A DNA stretch of 64,000 nt from the human T2T-CHM13v2.0 reference genome, Homo sapiens: NCBI RefSeq assembly GCF_009914755.1, contig NC_060925.1; one strand, given 5' to 3'. Shown in pieces: positions 32,263 to 47,852 of this stretch. Position numbers and translations under genes: made by a program. The notes under the pieces were generated by a model. The model had not been told where the DNA came from. It saw only the letters and a program-made list of their open reading frames with translations, and ran no database searches. Position 1 is the stretch's first letter. Each line of letters opens with the position of its first letter.

Positions 32263-34047
32263 TTAATTAATTAGAAAGTCAACATTTATTAAAAATACAT
32301 ATATACCTGGACCCACATATCATCTCTTTTTTTTTTACTACCCAACAGCCCCTCTTTCCTGCCTGGAAAATTGTCTCCCCATTCTGACTTGTTTTGATGA
32401 AACAACATTTTTTTTTTATTTTTGTAATCACACAGTTTGAAACCCTAAAGCTGTGTTAAACTTCTTTTTCAATTCCCAAATCAATAATCAAGTCTCATTT
32501 TCTGCCTTCATAAATCTATTTACATAGGGGCTTGCCTTTACAATGCTTTATCTTGATGCTATGACAGATGGTTGTTTCTCTAACACCTGCTTTTTAACTG
32601 TTTTCCCTACGTTCATATTCACCCCAACCCTAACCCATCCTATCAGTCAATTCTATTGTTTTCTGCAGAACTCTTTTAAAAAAATCATACCCTTTTCACT
32701 CCAGTCGAAATCTTCCACAAAACTGACAACATATAAAAGAGTCTTCTAAAATTTTGCATATTATTACATTTAGTTCTAAACCTCTTGCATGGATCCATAT
32801 TATGCTCAGCATAACAAAATGTTCTCAGTCCTGCTAGTCTCTGACTTTGTCACTTGCTTTCTGGATTACAGACACAAACACATCCTATGGATCTAATATC
32901 CAACAAAACATGTGGATCTTTGGCATTTGTTTTATGTCAGTAATACAATCTATAGTTAGTTACCCTGGGTAAACATCACTTGATCTACCCCAGGACAGGT
33001 CGTGTATCTCAAGGGAAGATTCTTGTAAGGAATTTCTTTCCTAGGCTTACACCAACAACTGTCAAAGTGCCTTTTCTAAAGTCTTGTTACATACTTGCTC
33101 ATATATGTCTAAGTGCTGTCCATCATCTATAAGGCCAACTTTAAATTCATTTTGTCACGTAAGACCTTTCCAGAGGCAAATATAATTTATTTTTCCAGTA
33201 TTACATTTGCCTTACAACAGAAATGCTAACTATACACAATTTCTACTCCAGTCAAATTGACACTGAAACACTTTATGCAATTCCTGCATTTTCCAAGCCA
33301 TTCTTTCTGTTCTGGAATGTCCTCTCTTCTCCACCATCATAAATTCTATCTACCCTTCAGAGTCTAGTTTAAGTCTTACATTCTTTATAATTTCTCCAAC
33401 TACTCAATAATGTCTCCTTCTATTAATTCAGAAAAGCACTGTCTATGTCACTCAACTGATGCTTAGTTTATTAGTGACAAAGTGCTATTATGTATTGCTA
33501 TTAAATTTTTCATGTGTAAATTGTAGCTTTGTTAATTAGAGTGTAAGGACTTTGAAGTCAGAGAAAATGCCTTAGTCTTTCTATCTCACATCTTTAGGTG
33601 AGTGCTACCACTGTACATGTTCAATAATTATTTTTCAAGAAATAAAATTAGTCCCATAGAACTTTTTCTATTAAGTGTTTGACCAATCATAGTTTGGCTT
33701 TTGGGAAGTTGAAGGTATTTAGAACTAGACAGTGTGGGATATTTCACTGTTTCTGTTGAGTTGCTCTTTTATTCTTCCACGTCTTCACTTATTTTTTCCA
33801 AATATTTTTTAGCTCACATAATACAGAATTCATGCTGCTATTTCTTTATTTTATACTGCTTTTAAACAATCATATTTTTATATTGCACACAACACATGAA
33901 ATGCATTTGTTTATTTATAAAATTAGGTATAGACTATTTAAGCACTTATAAGAAAAATAAGAGGCTATTATGGCCTAAATATAAGTACAAAAATAAATAG
34001 TAGTTTTCTAAAAATATCTGTCTTATATGAGATATGAGATCAACTTA

Positions 34048-34179
<132 letters not shown>

Positions 34180-35570
34180 TTACAGGAATTACTAGTGAAC
34201 AGCTTATATTCAAACCATATAACTGTCAACAAGAACTTGGTATAGTTTTGTCCACAGCATGATTGTGCACATAAGTTTGGCTATTTTCAAATTGCTGTCA
34301 TTGAAAATATCTGACACATACTTATTTTTTGTTCCAATAGATGATAACAATAAAGTATCTAATTCTGTTCAGAATAATCACAGTTATAGTTTACCGTTTA
34401 TTACACTGAAAAAGTATTTTTCTTTAATAAATGACTGGATAAGATGTTTACTTGATTATTATGCTTTATCAATTACAAAAAATAATCATGGTTATAGATA
34501 ACAATCCTAGAAAAGAATATCCACACAGGAAATTCTTGGGAAAAATAATATAATTACATTATGTTTAGAAAACATGCTAGAAATGTGTCTAAAAAGCTTG
34601 AAGACCCTAAATATGTGTTTGGCTTCACTACATGACACATCTCATGTAACTCATCCTAATGCTTTTGCAGAATGCAAAGAATCCTCTAGAACAGAATTTA
34701 ACCATGAATTTTAAGGGAAGTGTACTCCTGAATCATTTGTTTTTCCTAAAGCAATATATATATGTGTATATATTTAAAATGAAAAGCTGAACCCTTTTAA
34801 TTTATTAATTCACTCTGAAAACATCCTCAGGCTGCAAGTTGAAATGTTGACCCTGCATTACATAGGACATTGAAAAAAATAAAAGGCAAACAGCTTTGTG
34901 GTCTCAATTTTTTAGATTTCAAGATTATCATAAGATGTAAATATAAAGTTATGTGGATGTATATACTTCAGTAAACATAATTCCTCCCATGGGTAAAGTT
35001 TTCAGTCTATGAGAATTCTCTCAAAAATCCTGTTTTTGAGCTATAGTATTCCAGGCACTGCAGTTGCAGACAAGAATGGCTCCTGAAGAAAGAACTAAAT
35101 TTTTCAGTTTGACCCAAAGTCTAAGAATAAGTTTCATACCAGTCTAAGAAATGGTTTCATACCAATACCTATAGTATTTAGTGCATACTCAAATAACTGC
35201 ATTAAACTAAAATCAAGATATTTGTAGCTGACCCTGATAAACAATTTGCTGCACTGGAATATAAATTACATTCATAAAATAATGTTGACTACTGTGTTCC
35301 TCTAACGAGAAACCTGTCACTTTAATATGAAAGACACTATTTTCGGCTATGGTATTTCAAGTTGATATGGAGATGTGCCCCATTTTTAAAGTGTAAAAAC
35401 AAAAATCCTTATCTTTCAAGGCAGAAAAATCACAAAATAATTAAACCCACTGTAAGTTTGCCAGTAACATTATTACAATCAATAGCTCACCAAATTCATA
35501 ATCAAATAAATTAGTATATTCAGCTCCACATCTATGGGATAGACACAAGGAATTGTATCATGCCATAGTG

Positions 35571-35830
35571 TTAGGGTTGCCAGGAAAAATAGAGAATGCC
35601 CATGAAATCTGAATTTTAGATAAACAACTACCATTTTTGTTGCTGTTGTTGGAATCTCAGTCTGTCACTCAGGCTGGAGTACAATGGCTTGATCATATAA
35701 CTAATGTTTTTTAGAATAAATGTATCCCAAATATTGCATGTGATATACTTACACTAAAATATCTTTGTTGTTTATCAGAAATTTAAGTTCCACTGGGAAT
35801 CATGTATTTTTATTTGCTAAACCTGGTGGT
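35571..35830. mobile_element. MER53 hAT MITE interrupted by a ~60-bp reversed Alu fragment
   Basis: tagggttgccagg...tgaattttagataaacaac / gttgtttatcagaaattt...atttgctaaacctgg; Alu piece tctgtcactcaggctggagtacaatggc at ~35640-35697. Confidence 0.7.
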
Positions 35831-36769
35831 CATATCTAGTGTTAGATGGCTAAGTTAACTGTCTGGAGATTAGAATTCCAATGAATATATATTGATGCTT
35901 ACTACAAATAAGGTATAATTCCAACTCAAAACATATTTTACTGGCAGGAGATTACTAGGATTATTTCTCCATAAGAAAAGAAATTTTGATTCATATGTGC
36001 TTTTTGAGAAATGCCCCCTTATTTGAATTTCTACAACTGTTGTGCAAAGGTACAGATTGATAGTGCATTGTGGAGACTAAATTGTAATAATCTAAAAAGT
36101 AAGAGGTGGACTAGAAAATCTACATCTTATTTGACTATATATAACTCCGTTTCTTTTATGAACAATGACATTATTGAACTGTGATACAGGAAAAAACAAT
36201 TTAACAGATAACTTCTCAGTCAATATCAACACCTAGCCTTTATCCTTGATTATTAACAGGATATTATACTTCTTGGTTCTAGAATCAAGCCAAATTCTAT
36301 CGGTGACCTGGCTTGCCTGTTAAAAATGTAAAAATTGTGTAGATAATTGAGAAATTTCCGGTGGGAGATATGATTTTTGTGCCAATATTTTTTTTCTGCT
36401 TAAGTAGCCTGTATTATTTATCCTACTGAAGATATTTATTTTCCCACAAACCACGGAATTGGAGCAAGCATTTTGCTAAAGTTTTCAATTCAATTATTAT
36501 ACATGGCTTATCAAGACGTAGAAAGCATCACAATCAGAAATAATCTCTCTTGGTTTCTTTCCTCACCCCTCACTGACTTTTCCTAAGGGAGGAGGAATGA
36601 CTTATCTTTTAGAATTAGGTTAAAAGAATTTGCTGACTTCAAAGCTATTCTCTTTTTCTTTCACGTGTGCCTTCCTATAGGGTACATTTTGCCTGCTTGT
36701 TCTCTGCCATGCTGCTTTGCACAGAAGGCCTACAGTTGCCCCTCTTTTTTGTGACTTTGTGTTTAAGAA

Positions 36770-36907
36770 GCATTTGGAGAAATACCTAATGTAAATGACG
36801 AGTTAATGGGCGCAGCAAACCAACACGGCACATGCATACATATGTAACAAACCTGCATGCTGTGTACATGTACCCGAGAACTTAAAGTATAATAATAATT
36901 AAAAAAG
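36770..36907 (+). mobile_element. Short L1PA 3' terminus
   Basis: gcatttggagaaatacctaatgtaaatgacgagttaatggg...aacttaaagtataataat. Confidence 0.88.
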
Positions 36908-37793
36908 AATTAAAAAGTGAGATTTTCTAAAAGCCTATTGCAGTCACACATCAAAACCACATTCAACAATAGTTTCTATTAGCCATGATCCTGGAATATT
37001 TTGTCTCCATCAGTCATTCTCTATGGTTGTTTTCTAGATATTCTTTCATTCTGGAGGTGAAAATGTGGCAAATTTGTAGGATCTTCAAGATCCTATCAAT
37101 TATCATTGACTATGGCAAAGATACAAATTAATTAAAATATGGCTTTGCTCCAAGAATGCCATATTTACTGAATAAAATAAATTTTATTTGGTAAATTAGC
37201 TTCATGAACAACAGAATCTATTTCTTACCAAATAAAAATATATATGAAGGGAATTTGCAGTGAATATATTTACTGTGTCCCTGATAACCAAAATACGACA
37301 TTAGCAAAATAAAAAAATTATAAGTTTAAATTATTTTCATTAAAAGTACTGTTTCATCAGTGACATAATTATTTTAATAAAATTACTCATAAAAACTGAA
37401 AATAATATTTTTGAATATTATAAACTTTAAAATAAATTATATGGAGAAAAATTTAAAGATTGCTACTAGCATTTACAAAGAAACTTCTTTTGCTATATTA
37501 ACTAGCATATACAATTATTAAACAAAAATCTTCAAATGGCAAATATTTTGCTTAGAGTAGTTTGTGTAAATAGATCACATTAGAAAAGGGACAGAATCAT
37601 ATTCCTATGGTTCTTACAAAATAATTGATTAATGAGTCCTATTCCATACACATTACTTTCATATTTTTGTTTTGTTTTAAATTTTCATGTTGAAGTATTT
37701 TAAGAGGATTTTTGAAAGAGGATAATAGAATTTTGTAAGACAGAAATTTAAATATTTTGTATATTTGTGTAGGTTACCATTAAATAATATTTC

Positions 37794-38180
37794 TGTTATA
37801 GACTGAATTGTGTGTTCCCCCACAAATTCCAATGTTGAAAAGCTAACCACCAAGATGACTGTATTTGGAGATAGAGCCTCAAAAACTAATTAAGTTTAAA
37901 TGGGGTCAACAGGGTTGTCCTCTAATCCAATAGGACTGGTGTCCACATTAGAAGAAGAAGAGATACCAGGAGTAAATACACACAGAGACAAGACTGTATG
38001 AGGACACAGAAAGAAGGCAGCCATCTGTCAGCAAACATGAGAGGCCTCAGAAGAAATCAAATTTTGGGCACCTTGATGTTGGACTTCCATCTTCCACAAT
38101 TGTGAGAAAATAAACTTCTAGTGTTTAAACCATGCACTCTGTGGTATTTTTTTATGGCAGCCCTAGTACACGAATATAAC
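37794..38180 (+). mobile_element. MLT1A/B LTR
   Basis: tgttatagactgaattgtgt...gtatttggagatag...ggcagccctag. Confidence 0.8.
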
Positions 38181-38249
38181 TTCTGAAAACACATATCCAT
38201 TGTATCATGTGTAGTCAGAGGAACATTCTATATAATATAAAGATATCAC

Positions 38250-38430
38250 TTAGAACAAAGGCTCTGAATCCAGACTGCTTGCTTTGAAATTATGGATCTG
38301 CCAATTGCTTACTCTGAGATCTTAGGCAAATTATTTAATTTCTCTTAATCTCTCTGCGATTAACATCCTGGCATGAAAAATGAGGATAGCAACAGTGCAA
38401 TCTCACAGGTTGTTGTTAGAATTAACATTT
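38250..38430 (+). mobile_element. MIR
   Basis: MIR core: ggctctgaatccagactg...cttaggcaaattatttaatttctct. Confidence 0.6.
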
Positions 38431-41400
38431 ATTCTATTTATTCTAATAAATAAATAACAAATATAATTTAAAAATAATATGTTCACATTGATTTATAGTT
38501 CTTGTACTTAGTATCTTATTGCTATCAAGTGCAACATAAAGGTTATGTATTATTATAGTAGCAGGCAAAATCAAGCAGTAAATTATAAAAAACAATTATA
38601 TATGTATTGCTATGTGAAGGTGTGGGCATGCATAAATAGAGAAAGCGTGTTTTGAACAGATAGAAGGGCAAATGGCATAGCAAGAGATGATTTGGTTTAA
38701 TTTGCAGAAAGTAGGCACCAGGGAATGGACTAAACTAAAGTGAGAGAGGAGAAGATTAATTTGAGATGATGTTGAACAGGCAAGCTGGGACCAGATTCTT
38801 GAAGGGCTTTACCCTTGGTCAGCAGTTTGAATTTTATTCAAAGTGCAATGAGAAAACATTGAAAGCTTGTAAGGATCTAGGGGAAGGCTGGTGGTATGAA
38901 ACAATTTTACATTAAATATATCACTTTGATTGCTTTGTGGGAAATTAACTTTGTGTGGGACAAGTTTAAACTCAGGACTATTAGGTGGTCATTGTGAAAC
39001 AGAAACCCATGTGAGAGATATTGGTAGCAAGAGAACAATAGAAATGGAATAAATTAGTAAAAGGGGCGAGGAAGAGAGATAGAAATGATGTGGAAGACAG
39101 AAATAGGAGAGAGAGAGAGAAAGGAAGACAGAGAAAGAGACTTAGAGAAGGAGACAGAGAATTTTAAGCTGGGAGATACCACAGTATGTTTGAATGCCAA
39201 TGGGAGAAAATAAGTAAAAGAAATAGGTGCTATATGAGAAAGAGGGTTTTGTTTTGTTTTTGTTTTTGTTTTTGTTTTGTTAGTACAAGAAATACCTTAT
39301 CAGGGAAGCTAAACTCAGTCATACTGTACTTACTTCTTCTACATAGTTGGAAATAGCATAATCTAGTGAAGATTTCATTTTCCTTCACCTGAACTTATAT
39401 ACACATTATGTGTTATCCACCTATAAAACTGGCTAGTTTTACAGTGCTGACTCAATTTGCTCATGTATTCCAGTTTAGTGCCAAATTATGTTTATGAGTA
39501 CAACTATTTCATCTATTGTTACTGAACTGACCAGTATATTTGGAGGGTGTGAAAGGTGCTTAGAGATAAGAACTAAAGAAGAATAATTCCATTTAACTGA
39601 CCTCTATTTAAAATTATTTTCATTATCATTCAAAGATTTTTAATCATTTTATGATAGGCAAGATAAAATTATTAAAAACATTTGAACTCTCTTAATTTAT
39701 CTCCATATGAATATTCAGTGTATTCAACATCATATGAAACTATGAGCAAAATGAATAGAAAGATTTTCAGAACAAGCTACATTTTAACTTGCCATGAGCC
39801 ACTCCATCACTTACTAGCTTCCTGCAAATAAAACTAATTACTTGATACTCAATTTTCCTTTCAAAATAGAGTATTCAATATTTCTTAAAAACCTATGTCA
39901 CTACCCTACTTGTGTTTAAAAGAAAACACAGATTTTCTTTTAAAAACCTATGTTACGTTTCATAAATGTTGAAAAACAAAAACCACCTTGCAATATTTTT
40001 TAACAAGATAGAGATTCAAAAGAAAGCAAACATGAACAATTAGTCTAAATATATATGATTTCTTCAATGGTGCAAAGTCCTGTTTTGTTTTGTGAAGATG
40101 CTTTCTCCATTGCTCCATATCCCTTACCCTACCACAATCTTCAAGGCTACTGGGTGCCCTGGTGAATGGAAGCTATCAATAAATGCTAGTTTCTTTCAAA
40201 ATACTATGATTACAGCTATTTTATATTAAAGAATGTGGGACAAAACTATACAGATTGTCTTCATAGTAAGGAACATAGTGTACATTTATATTTAAATAGA
40301 ATATTCATTGCATGTCAACTAAAAGGTTTTATATGTGTTCAGGTGAAGTACTTCAAAATTTAGTGATGAATCTAATTGGTAATCTGAAAATGTAAAATCA
40401 AGACATTACAGAAAGCCTAAAAGATTTTGGAAACACAAATAGCATATTTATTATATAATTTTATTTTAATAATTGGACCCATTGATTTAAATTTAAAGTT
40501 ACTACTACTGAAGTAATAGTTGAGGATTGAAGAAAACAATATTAAACATATACTTAAAAAATCTAAAAATAAGTACATACCAAGCTTTCCAATTTTGCAG
40601 CTCTCCTGCAGTACTTTCATTTGACTTACAGAACATTTTTATGATCAGTTGATAATTGTAATTTATTACATGATATTCATTATTTTTGTGTTCGATTAAG
40701 TCATTCAGTAATGATAACAGCATGATTATTTGGATCACAGATAACTCTAATTCTGAGGACACAGCAATGAACAAGATAGGCAAAGTTTTTGCCTTCACAG
40801 ACCCTTTTAGCAATTTTCTTAGAATAGCTTCATACTATATAATACAGATCTTCAGAATAAGTGTCAGGAATCTTTACTTATAGGTTTACTATAAGTTACT
40901 GTAAACTTCCTATATAACTTTAAACATATCATTGAAGTTATTTTAGGATCACCATCACTGTTTTGATTATCTCATAGGTACGTTGGGTAAAAACAAAATA
41001 AGAAATTAACTAATCCCAAGTGCACATTCAATGAGTTTTGACAAATGCATAGTGTGGCAACTACTACCATAATTATGATGTCAAACATTTTCATAATGCC
41101 AAACAGATCTCTCATGCCCTTTTGTAGTCAATTTTCTCCTCTCAATCCCAACTTCTAGCAATCACTGATTTCAAGAAGCAGTTTTCTAGGAATAATAAAA
41201 TGTGTTTCTGTTTTTCTCTTAGCTATGCTTTTGTGCTGAATCCATGTTATTGCATGAATCTACTTTGATACTAATATAGCCACTCTAGCTTTCTTCTTTT
41301 CATTGCATGAAAAAACATTTTTAAGAAGTGTTTTTCCACAGAGGAGGTGAAGCAAGATGACCAAATGGAAGCTTCCATACTTTCTGCAAGAACACCAAAT

Positions 41401-43270
41401 TGAACAACTATCCACACAAAAAAAAACACCTTCATAAAAACCAAAGATGAGGTGAGCAACTACAGCATCTGTTTTTAACTTTATGTCACTGAAAGAGGCA
41501 CTAAGGAGAGTAGGAAAGACCATCTTGAATTTCCAACACCAACCCTCCCCTATCTTTTGGCAGTGGCCACATGGTGCAGGGAGTCTGTGCACTCGGGGAA
41601 TGGAGAACACAGTGACTGTGAGACTGCATTGGAACTCAATGCTGCCCTGGAACAGTGGTAAGCAACACTGGGCAGAACTCAGCCAGTGCCCACAGAGGGA
41701 ACACTTAGACAAGTTCTAGCCAGAGAAGAACTGCCTATTCCAGCAGTCAGAACCTGAGTTCTGGCAAGCCTTGTCACTGTGGGCTAAAGTGCTCTGGGGT
41801 TCTAAATAAACTTGAAAGGATGTCTAGGCCATAAGGACTGAAATTCTTGGGGAAGTCCTGGAGCTGTGTTGGAATCAAAGACAATGGACTTGATGGGGCA
41901 CATGACCCAGTGAGATACCAGCTGGGATGGCCAAGGGAGTGCTTGTGCCACCCCTCCCCCAAACCCAGGCGGTGCAGCTCACAGCTGCAAGAGAGGCTTC
42001 TCCCTTCTGCTTGAGGGGACGAAAGAGTAAAAAGGACTTTGTGTTGCAACTTGGATACCAGCTCAGCCATAGTATGATAGGGCACCAGGCAAAGTCCCGA
42101 GGTCCACATTCCAGGCTCTAGCTCCCAGATGACATTTCTAGACATACCCTCGGCCAGAAGGGAACCTGCTTCTTTAAACAGAAGGATTCAGTCCTGGCAG
42201 CATTCATTACCTGCCAACTAAAGAGCCCTTGGGCCCTGAATAATCAGCTGTGATACCCAGGCAGTACTTGCTGTGGGCCTTAAGTGAGACTCAGAGATGT
42301 GCTGGCATCAGGTATGACCCAGAACATTCCCAGCTGTGGTGGTTATAGCAAGAGATTCCTTATGCTAGAGAAAAAGAGAGGGAAGAGTAAAGGGGACTTT
42401 GTCTTGCAGCCCCAGGTACCAGCTTGGTCACAGTGGTACAGAGCACCAAGTGGGCTTTTACTGTCCCCAGTACTAGGCCTGGGCTCTTGGTCAGCATTTG
42501 TGGACCTTCCCTGGGCCAAAGGGGTGCCTACTGTCCTGAGGAGAGAGTTTCCTGCCTGGCAACATTCACCAAAATCTGACTGAAGAGCATGTGGGCCTTG
42601 AATGAACATTGACGGTAGCCAGGTAGTACCCAACATTGGCCTGGAGTGGTGGTGGCCACAGGGAGAGATTTCTTTGCTTATAGGAAGGGGAGGGAAGAGA
42701 GGGATGGACTTTGCCTGTGGTTTTGGTGCCAGGCCAGCTGCAGTAGGATAGGGAAACAGTTAGAGTCCTAAAGTTTCTGACTCTAGGCCCTGACTCCTGA
42801 ATGGCATCTCTGGACTTGCCCAGAATAAGCAGGGAACTTACCACCCTGAAGGGAGGAAAAAAGATGGGCTGGTTTTGCCACCTTCTGTTTGTAGAGCTCT
42901 AGGGCTTTCAGCTAGCATACGTGGTAGCCAGGCAGTGGTTACCACAAGCCTTGGGCAAGGCCCCATAGTGTGTTGGCTTCAGGTCTGACCCATTGCAGTC
43001 CCAGTAGTGCTGGCCAGAGGGGTGCTTGTGTTATCCCTTCCCCAGCTCCAGGCAGGTCAGCACAGAGAGAGACTCTGCTTGGGAGAAAATAAAGAAAAAG
43101 AACAAGAGTCTCTGCCTGGTAATCCAGAGAATTCTTCAAGATCTTATGCAATACCAACAATGTAATACTTTTACAAGTCTGTAAGAGCCACAGCATTACA
43201 GGGCTTGGGGTGCACCGTGAGTAGATATGGCTGCAGTGACCAAAAACTTTAAACACAAAGTCCAAGTCTC

Positions 43271-43415
43271 AGGCAGGTTGTGGTGGCTCATGCCTGTAAT
43301 CCCAGAACTTTGGGAAGCCGAGGTGGGAGGATTGCTTGAGCCCGGGAGTTTGAGACCAGCCTGGGCAACATAGCAAGACCCTCTCTCTAAAAAAGCCAAA
43401 GCAAACCCAAAAAAA
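43271..43415 (+). mobile_element. FLAM/AluJ left monomer nested in the L1MA
   Basis: ggattgcttgagcccgggagtttgagaccagcctgggcaacatagcaagacc; degenerate TSD acaaagtccaagtct/acaaagcctaagtct. Confidence 0.85.
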
Positions 43416-45518
43416 TAACAAAGCCTAAGTCTGAACACCTGAAAAGCCTTTCAAGAAAGATGGGTACACACAAGCCCAGATTGCAAAGAATACAATAAAT
43501 ACCTAACTCTTCAATACCCAGACACTGATGAACATCCAGAAGCATCAAGACCATCTTGGAAACCACATCCTCACCAAACAAAATAAGGAATCAGCGACCA
43601 ATTATGGAAAGACAGATATTTGATTGTTTAGATGGATTATTCAACATAGCTGTTTTGAAGAAACTCAACAAAATTCAAGATAACACAGAGAAGGAATTCA
43701 GAATCCTAACAAAAAAATTAACAAAGAGGTTGAACTAATTAAAAAGAAACAAGCAAAAATTCTAGAGTTGAAAAATGCAACTGGCATAATGAAGAATGCA
43801 TCAGTCTCTTAACAGAAGAATTAGTGAGCTTGAAAACTGGCTATATGAAAGTACGGTCAGAGGAGAAAAAGGAAAGCACAATTTTAAAAAATGAAGCATG
43901 CCTACAGAATCTAGAAAACAGCACCAAAAGGGCAAATCTAAGAGTTACTGACTTTAAAGAGGAGGTTGAAAGATAGGCTTAGAAAGTTGATGCAACAGGA
44001 TAGTAACAGAGAAATTCTCAAGCCTAGAGAAATACATCAATATATAAATACAAGATGATAATAGAACATCAAGCAGATTAATCAAAATAAGACTACTTTA
44101 AGACATTTAATAATCAGACTGCAAAAGATCGAGAATAAAGAAAGGATCTGAAAAGTAGCAAGAGAAAAGAAACAACATACAATGGTGCTCTAATATATCT
44201 GGGAGCAGACTTCTCAGTGGAAACCTTACAGGCCAGGAGACAGTGGCATTATGTATTTAAAGTGCTGAAGGAAAAATACTTGTATCCTAGAATAGGAATA
44301 ATACTTGTATCCTTTTATCCTTGTGTTTTCAACCCATTGAAAATATTCTTTAAACAAAAAAGGGAAATAAGGACTTTCCCAGTCAGACAAATCTGAGAGA
44401 TTTCATCAACACCAGACCTGCTATAAGAAATGCTAAAGAGAGTTCTTCAATCTGAAAGAAAAGGATGTTAAAACAATAAGAAATCATCTGAAGGTACAAA
44501 ACTCATTGGTAATAGTAAATACACACACAAAAATATACTATTGTAATAGTGGTGGGTAAATTACTTGTATTTTCAGTAGAAAGACTGAAAGATAAACTGA
44601 TCAAAAATAATAGCTACAATTTTTCCAGTTTTCAGGACATAGTATAATAAGATATAAATACAAACAAAAAAAAGTTAAAAAGTGGAGGATAAAGTTAAAG
44701 TGTAGAGTTTTGGTTACTTTTCTCTTTACTTGTTTGTTTGTTTATGCAATCAGTGTTATGTTGTCATCAGTTTAATAAAATGGGTTGTAAGATATTTTGC
44801 CAGCCTCATGGTATTTCAAATCAAAAAACATACAACAGATACATGATAAATAAAAAGTAAGAAATTAAAGTATACCACCAGAGAAAATCACCTTCTCTAA
44901 CAGGAAGATGAGAAGGAAGGAAAGAAGTAAGAGAAGACCACAAAACAACCAGCAAAAAACAAATAAATAAATAAATGTCGGAGTAAGTTGTTACTTATCA
45001 ATGAAAACATTGAATGTAAATTGACTAAACCCTCCCAATCAAAATACAAGAGCACCTGAATGAATTAGAAAAACAAGACTTAATGATCTCTTGCCTACAA
45101 GAAACACACTTCCCTTGTAAAGACACACATAGACTGAAAAAAAGGTATGGAAAAAGACATTCCATGCCAATAGAAACCAAAAAAGACTAGGAGAAATGTT
45201 TTTACATCAGATAAAATAGATTTCAAGGTAAAAACTATAAAAAGAGACAAAGGTCAATATATAATGATTAAGGGGTAAATTTAGAAAAAGGATGTAACAA
45301 TTGAAAATATACATGCAACCAACATTGGAATACCCAGATATACAAAGCAAATATTATAAGAACTAAGGAGAGATAGACTCCAACACAATAATAACTGGAG
45401 ACTTCAACAGCCCTCTTTCAATGTGGAACAGATCATCCAGACAGAAAATCAGCAAGGAAATGTCAGACTTAATCCTTGCTATAGACCAAATATCTACTAA
45501 GATATTGGCAAAACATTT

Positions 45519-45882
45519 TGTATTAGTTGGTTCTCACACTGCTATGAAGAACCGCCTGAGACTGGGTAATGTATAAAGAGAAATTGACTCACAGTTCCGC
45601 ATGGCTGGGAAGGCCTCAGGAAACTTACAATCATGGCAGAAGGGGAAGCAAACATATCCTTCTTCACATGATGGCATGAAGGAGAAGTGCTGAGCAAAAG
45701 TCAGAAAAGCCCCTTATAAAACCATCAGATCTTGTGAGAACTCACTATTATAAGAACAGCATAGAAGTAACCACCCCATGATTCAATTACCTCCCAGCAG
45801 GTCCCTCCCACAACAGGTAGGGGTTATGGAAACTACAATTCAAGATGAGATATGGGTGGGGGCACAACCAAAATCCATATTA
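45519..45882 (-). mobile_element. THE1 solo LTR nested in L1MA ORF2
   Basis: tgtattagttggttctcacactgct...ccatatta; 5-bp TSD CATTT (45514-45518 / 45883-45887). Confidence 0.88.
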
Positions 45883-47537
45883 CATTTCATCCAATGGCTG
45901 CACAGTACACATTCTTCTCCTTAGTATATGGATCATTCTCAAGGACAGGCCATATGTTAGGCCACAAAACAAGACTTCATAATTTATTTTAAAAATGGTA
46001 CTATAGCAAGTATATTCTCTGACCACAAAGGAATAAAACTACAAATCAACAAGAGAACTATGAAAACTATACAAACACGTGGAAATTAAACAGTATAATC
46101 TTGAATGACCAATGGCTCAATGAAGATATTAAGAAGGAAATTGAAAGATTTCTCAAAACAAAAAGTAATGGAAACACAACATACCAAAAATCTATGGGGT
46201 ACAATGAAAGCGGCACTTAGAGGAAAATTTATAGCTAAAAGTGCCTACATCAGAAAAATAGAAAAACTTCAAATAAACAACCAAATGATGCATCTTAAAG
46301 CACTAGAAAGGCAAGAGCAAGCTAAACCAAAAATAGTAGAAAAAAAGAAACAATAAAGGTATGAGCAGAAATAAATGACATTGAAATGAAGAAAAAAATA
46401 CAAAAGATCAACAAAAGAAAAAGTTGTTTTTTGATAAGATAAACAAAATTGACAAACTTTTATCCAGAATAAGAAAAAAAGAGGAAACACCCATATAAAT
46501 AAAATAAGAGATGAAAACAAAACATTACAACTGATACTGCAGAAATACAAAGGATCTTTTAGAGGCTACACTACTATGAACAACTATATGACAATGAATA
46601 GGAAGCTGGAAGAAATTGATAAACTCCTAGACACACCAAACCTACCAAGATTGAAACATGAAGAAATCCAAAACCTAAACAGACCAATAACAAATAATGA
46701 CATGAAAGCCATAATAAGAAATGTCCCAGCAAAGAAAAGCCTCAGACCCTTATGGCTACACTCCCGATTTTGACCAAACATTGAAAGAAGGACTAATAAC
46801 AATCCTACTCAACCTATTCCAAAAAATAGAAGAGGAAGGAATACTTCCAAAGTCTTTCTAAGAGGCCAGTATTACCTTGATACAAAAACCAAATAAAGAT
46901 ACATCGACAAAGAAACAAACAAACAAAACTACAGGCCAATATCTCTGATGAACATTGATGCAAAAATCCTCAGCACAGTATTAACAGACTGAATTCAACA
47001 GCACATTAGAAAGATTATTCATCATGACCAAGTGGGATTTATCCCAGGGATGCAGAGATGCTTCAACATGTGCAAATCAATCAATCTTATCAACAGAATG
47101 AAGGACAAAAACCAAATGATCATTTCAATTGGTGCTAAAAATGGATTTGGAAAAATTCAAAATCCTTTCATGATTAAAAAAAAACTAAAAAAATTGGGTA
47201 TAGGAGGAACAAACCTCAACACAATAAAACCATAACAACAGATGCACAGTTGGTATCATACTGAGTAGGGAAAAACTGAAAGCCTTTTCTCTAAGATCTG
47301 GAACATGTTAAGGATGCTCACTTTCAACGACATCATTCAACATACTGCTGGAAGGTGTATATAGAATAGACAGGCAAGAGAGAGAAAGAAAGAAAGGTCA
47401 TTCAAATTGGAAAAGAAAGAATCAAATTATCCTTGTTTGCAGATGATATGCTCTTCTATTTGGAAAAACCTAAGGATTTGAACCAAGAGTATTAGAACTG
47501 ATAAACAAATTCAGTAAAGTTGCAGGGTACAAAATCA

Positions 47538-47852
<315 letters not shown>

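Noticed and set aside
35118-35163. 23-bp tandem duplication agtctaagaa...tttcatacc, considered as an array
   Set aside because: Only two adjacent copies and no spacers; ordinary slippage duplication, not CRISPR-like.
41260-47235. Cluster of 60-150 aa ORFs
   Set aside because: All derive from the decayed L1MA 5'UTR, ORF1 or ORF2 and nested repeats.
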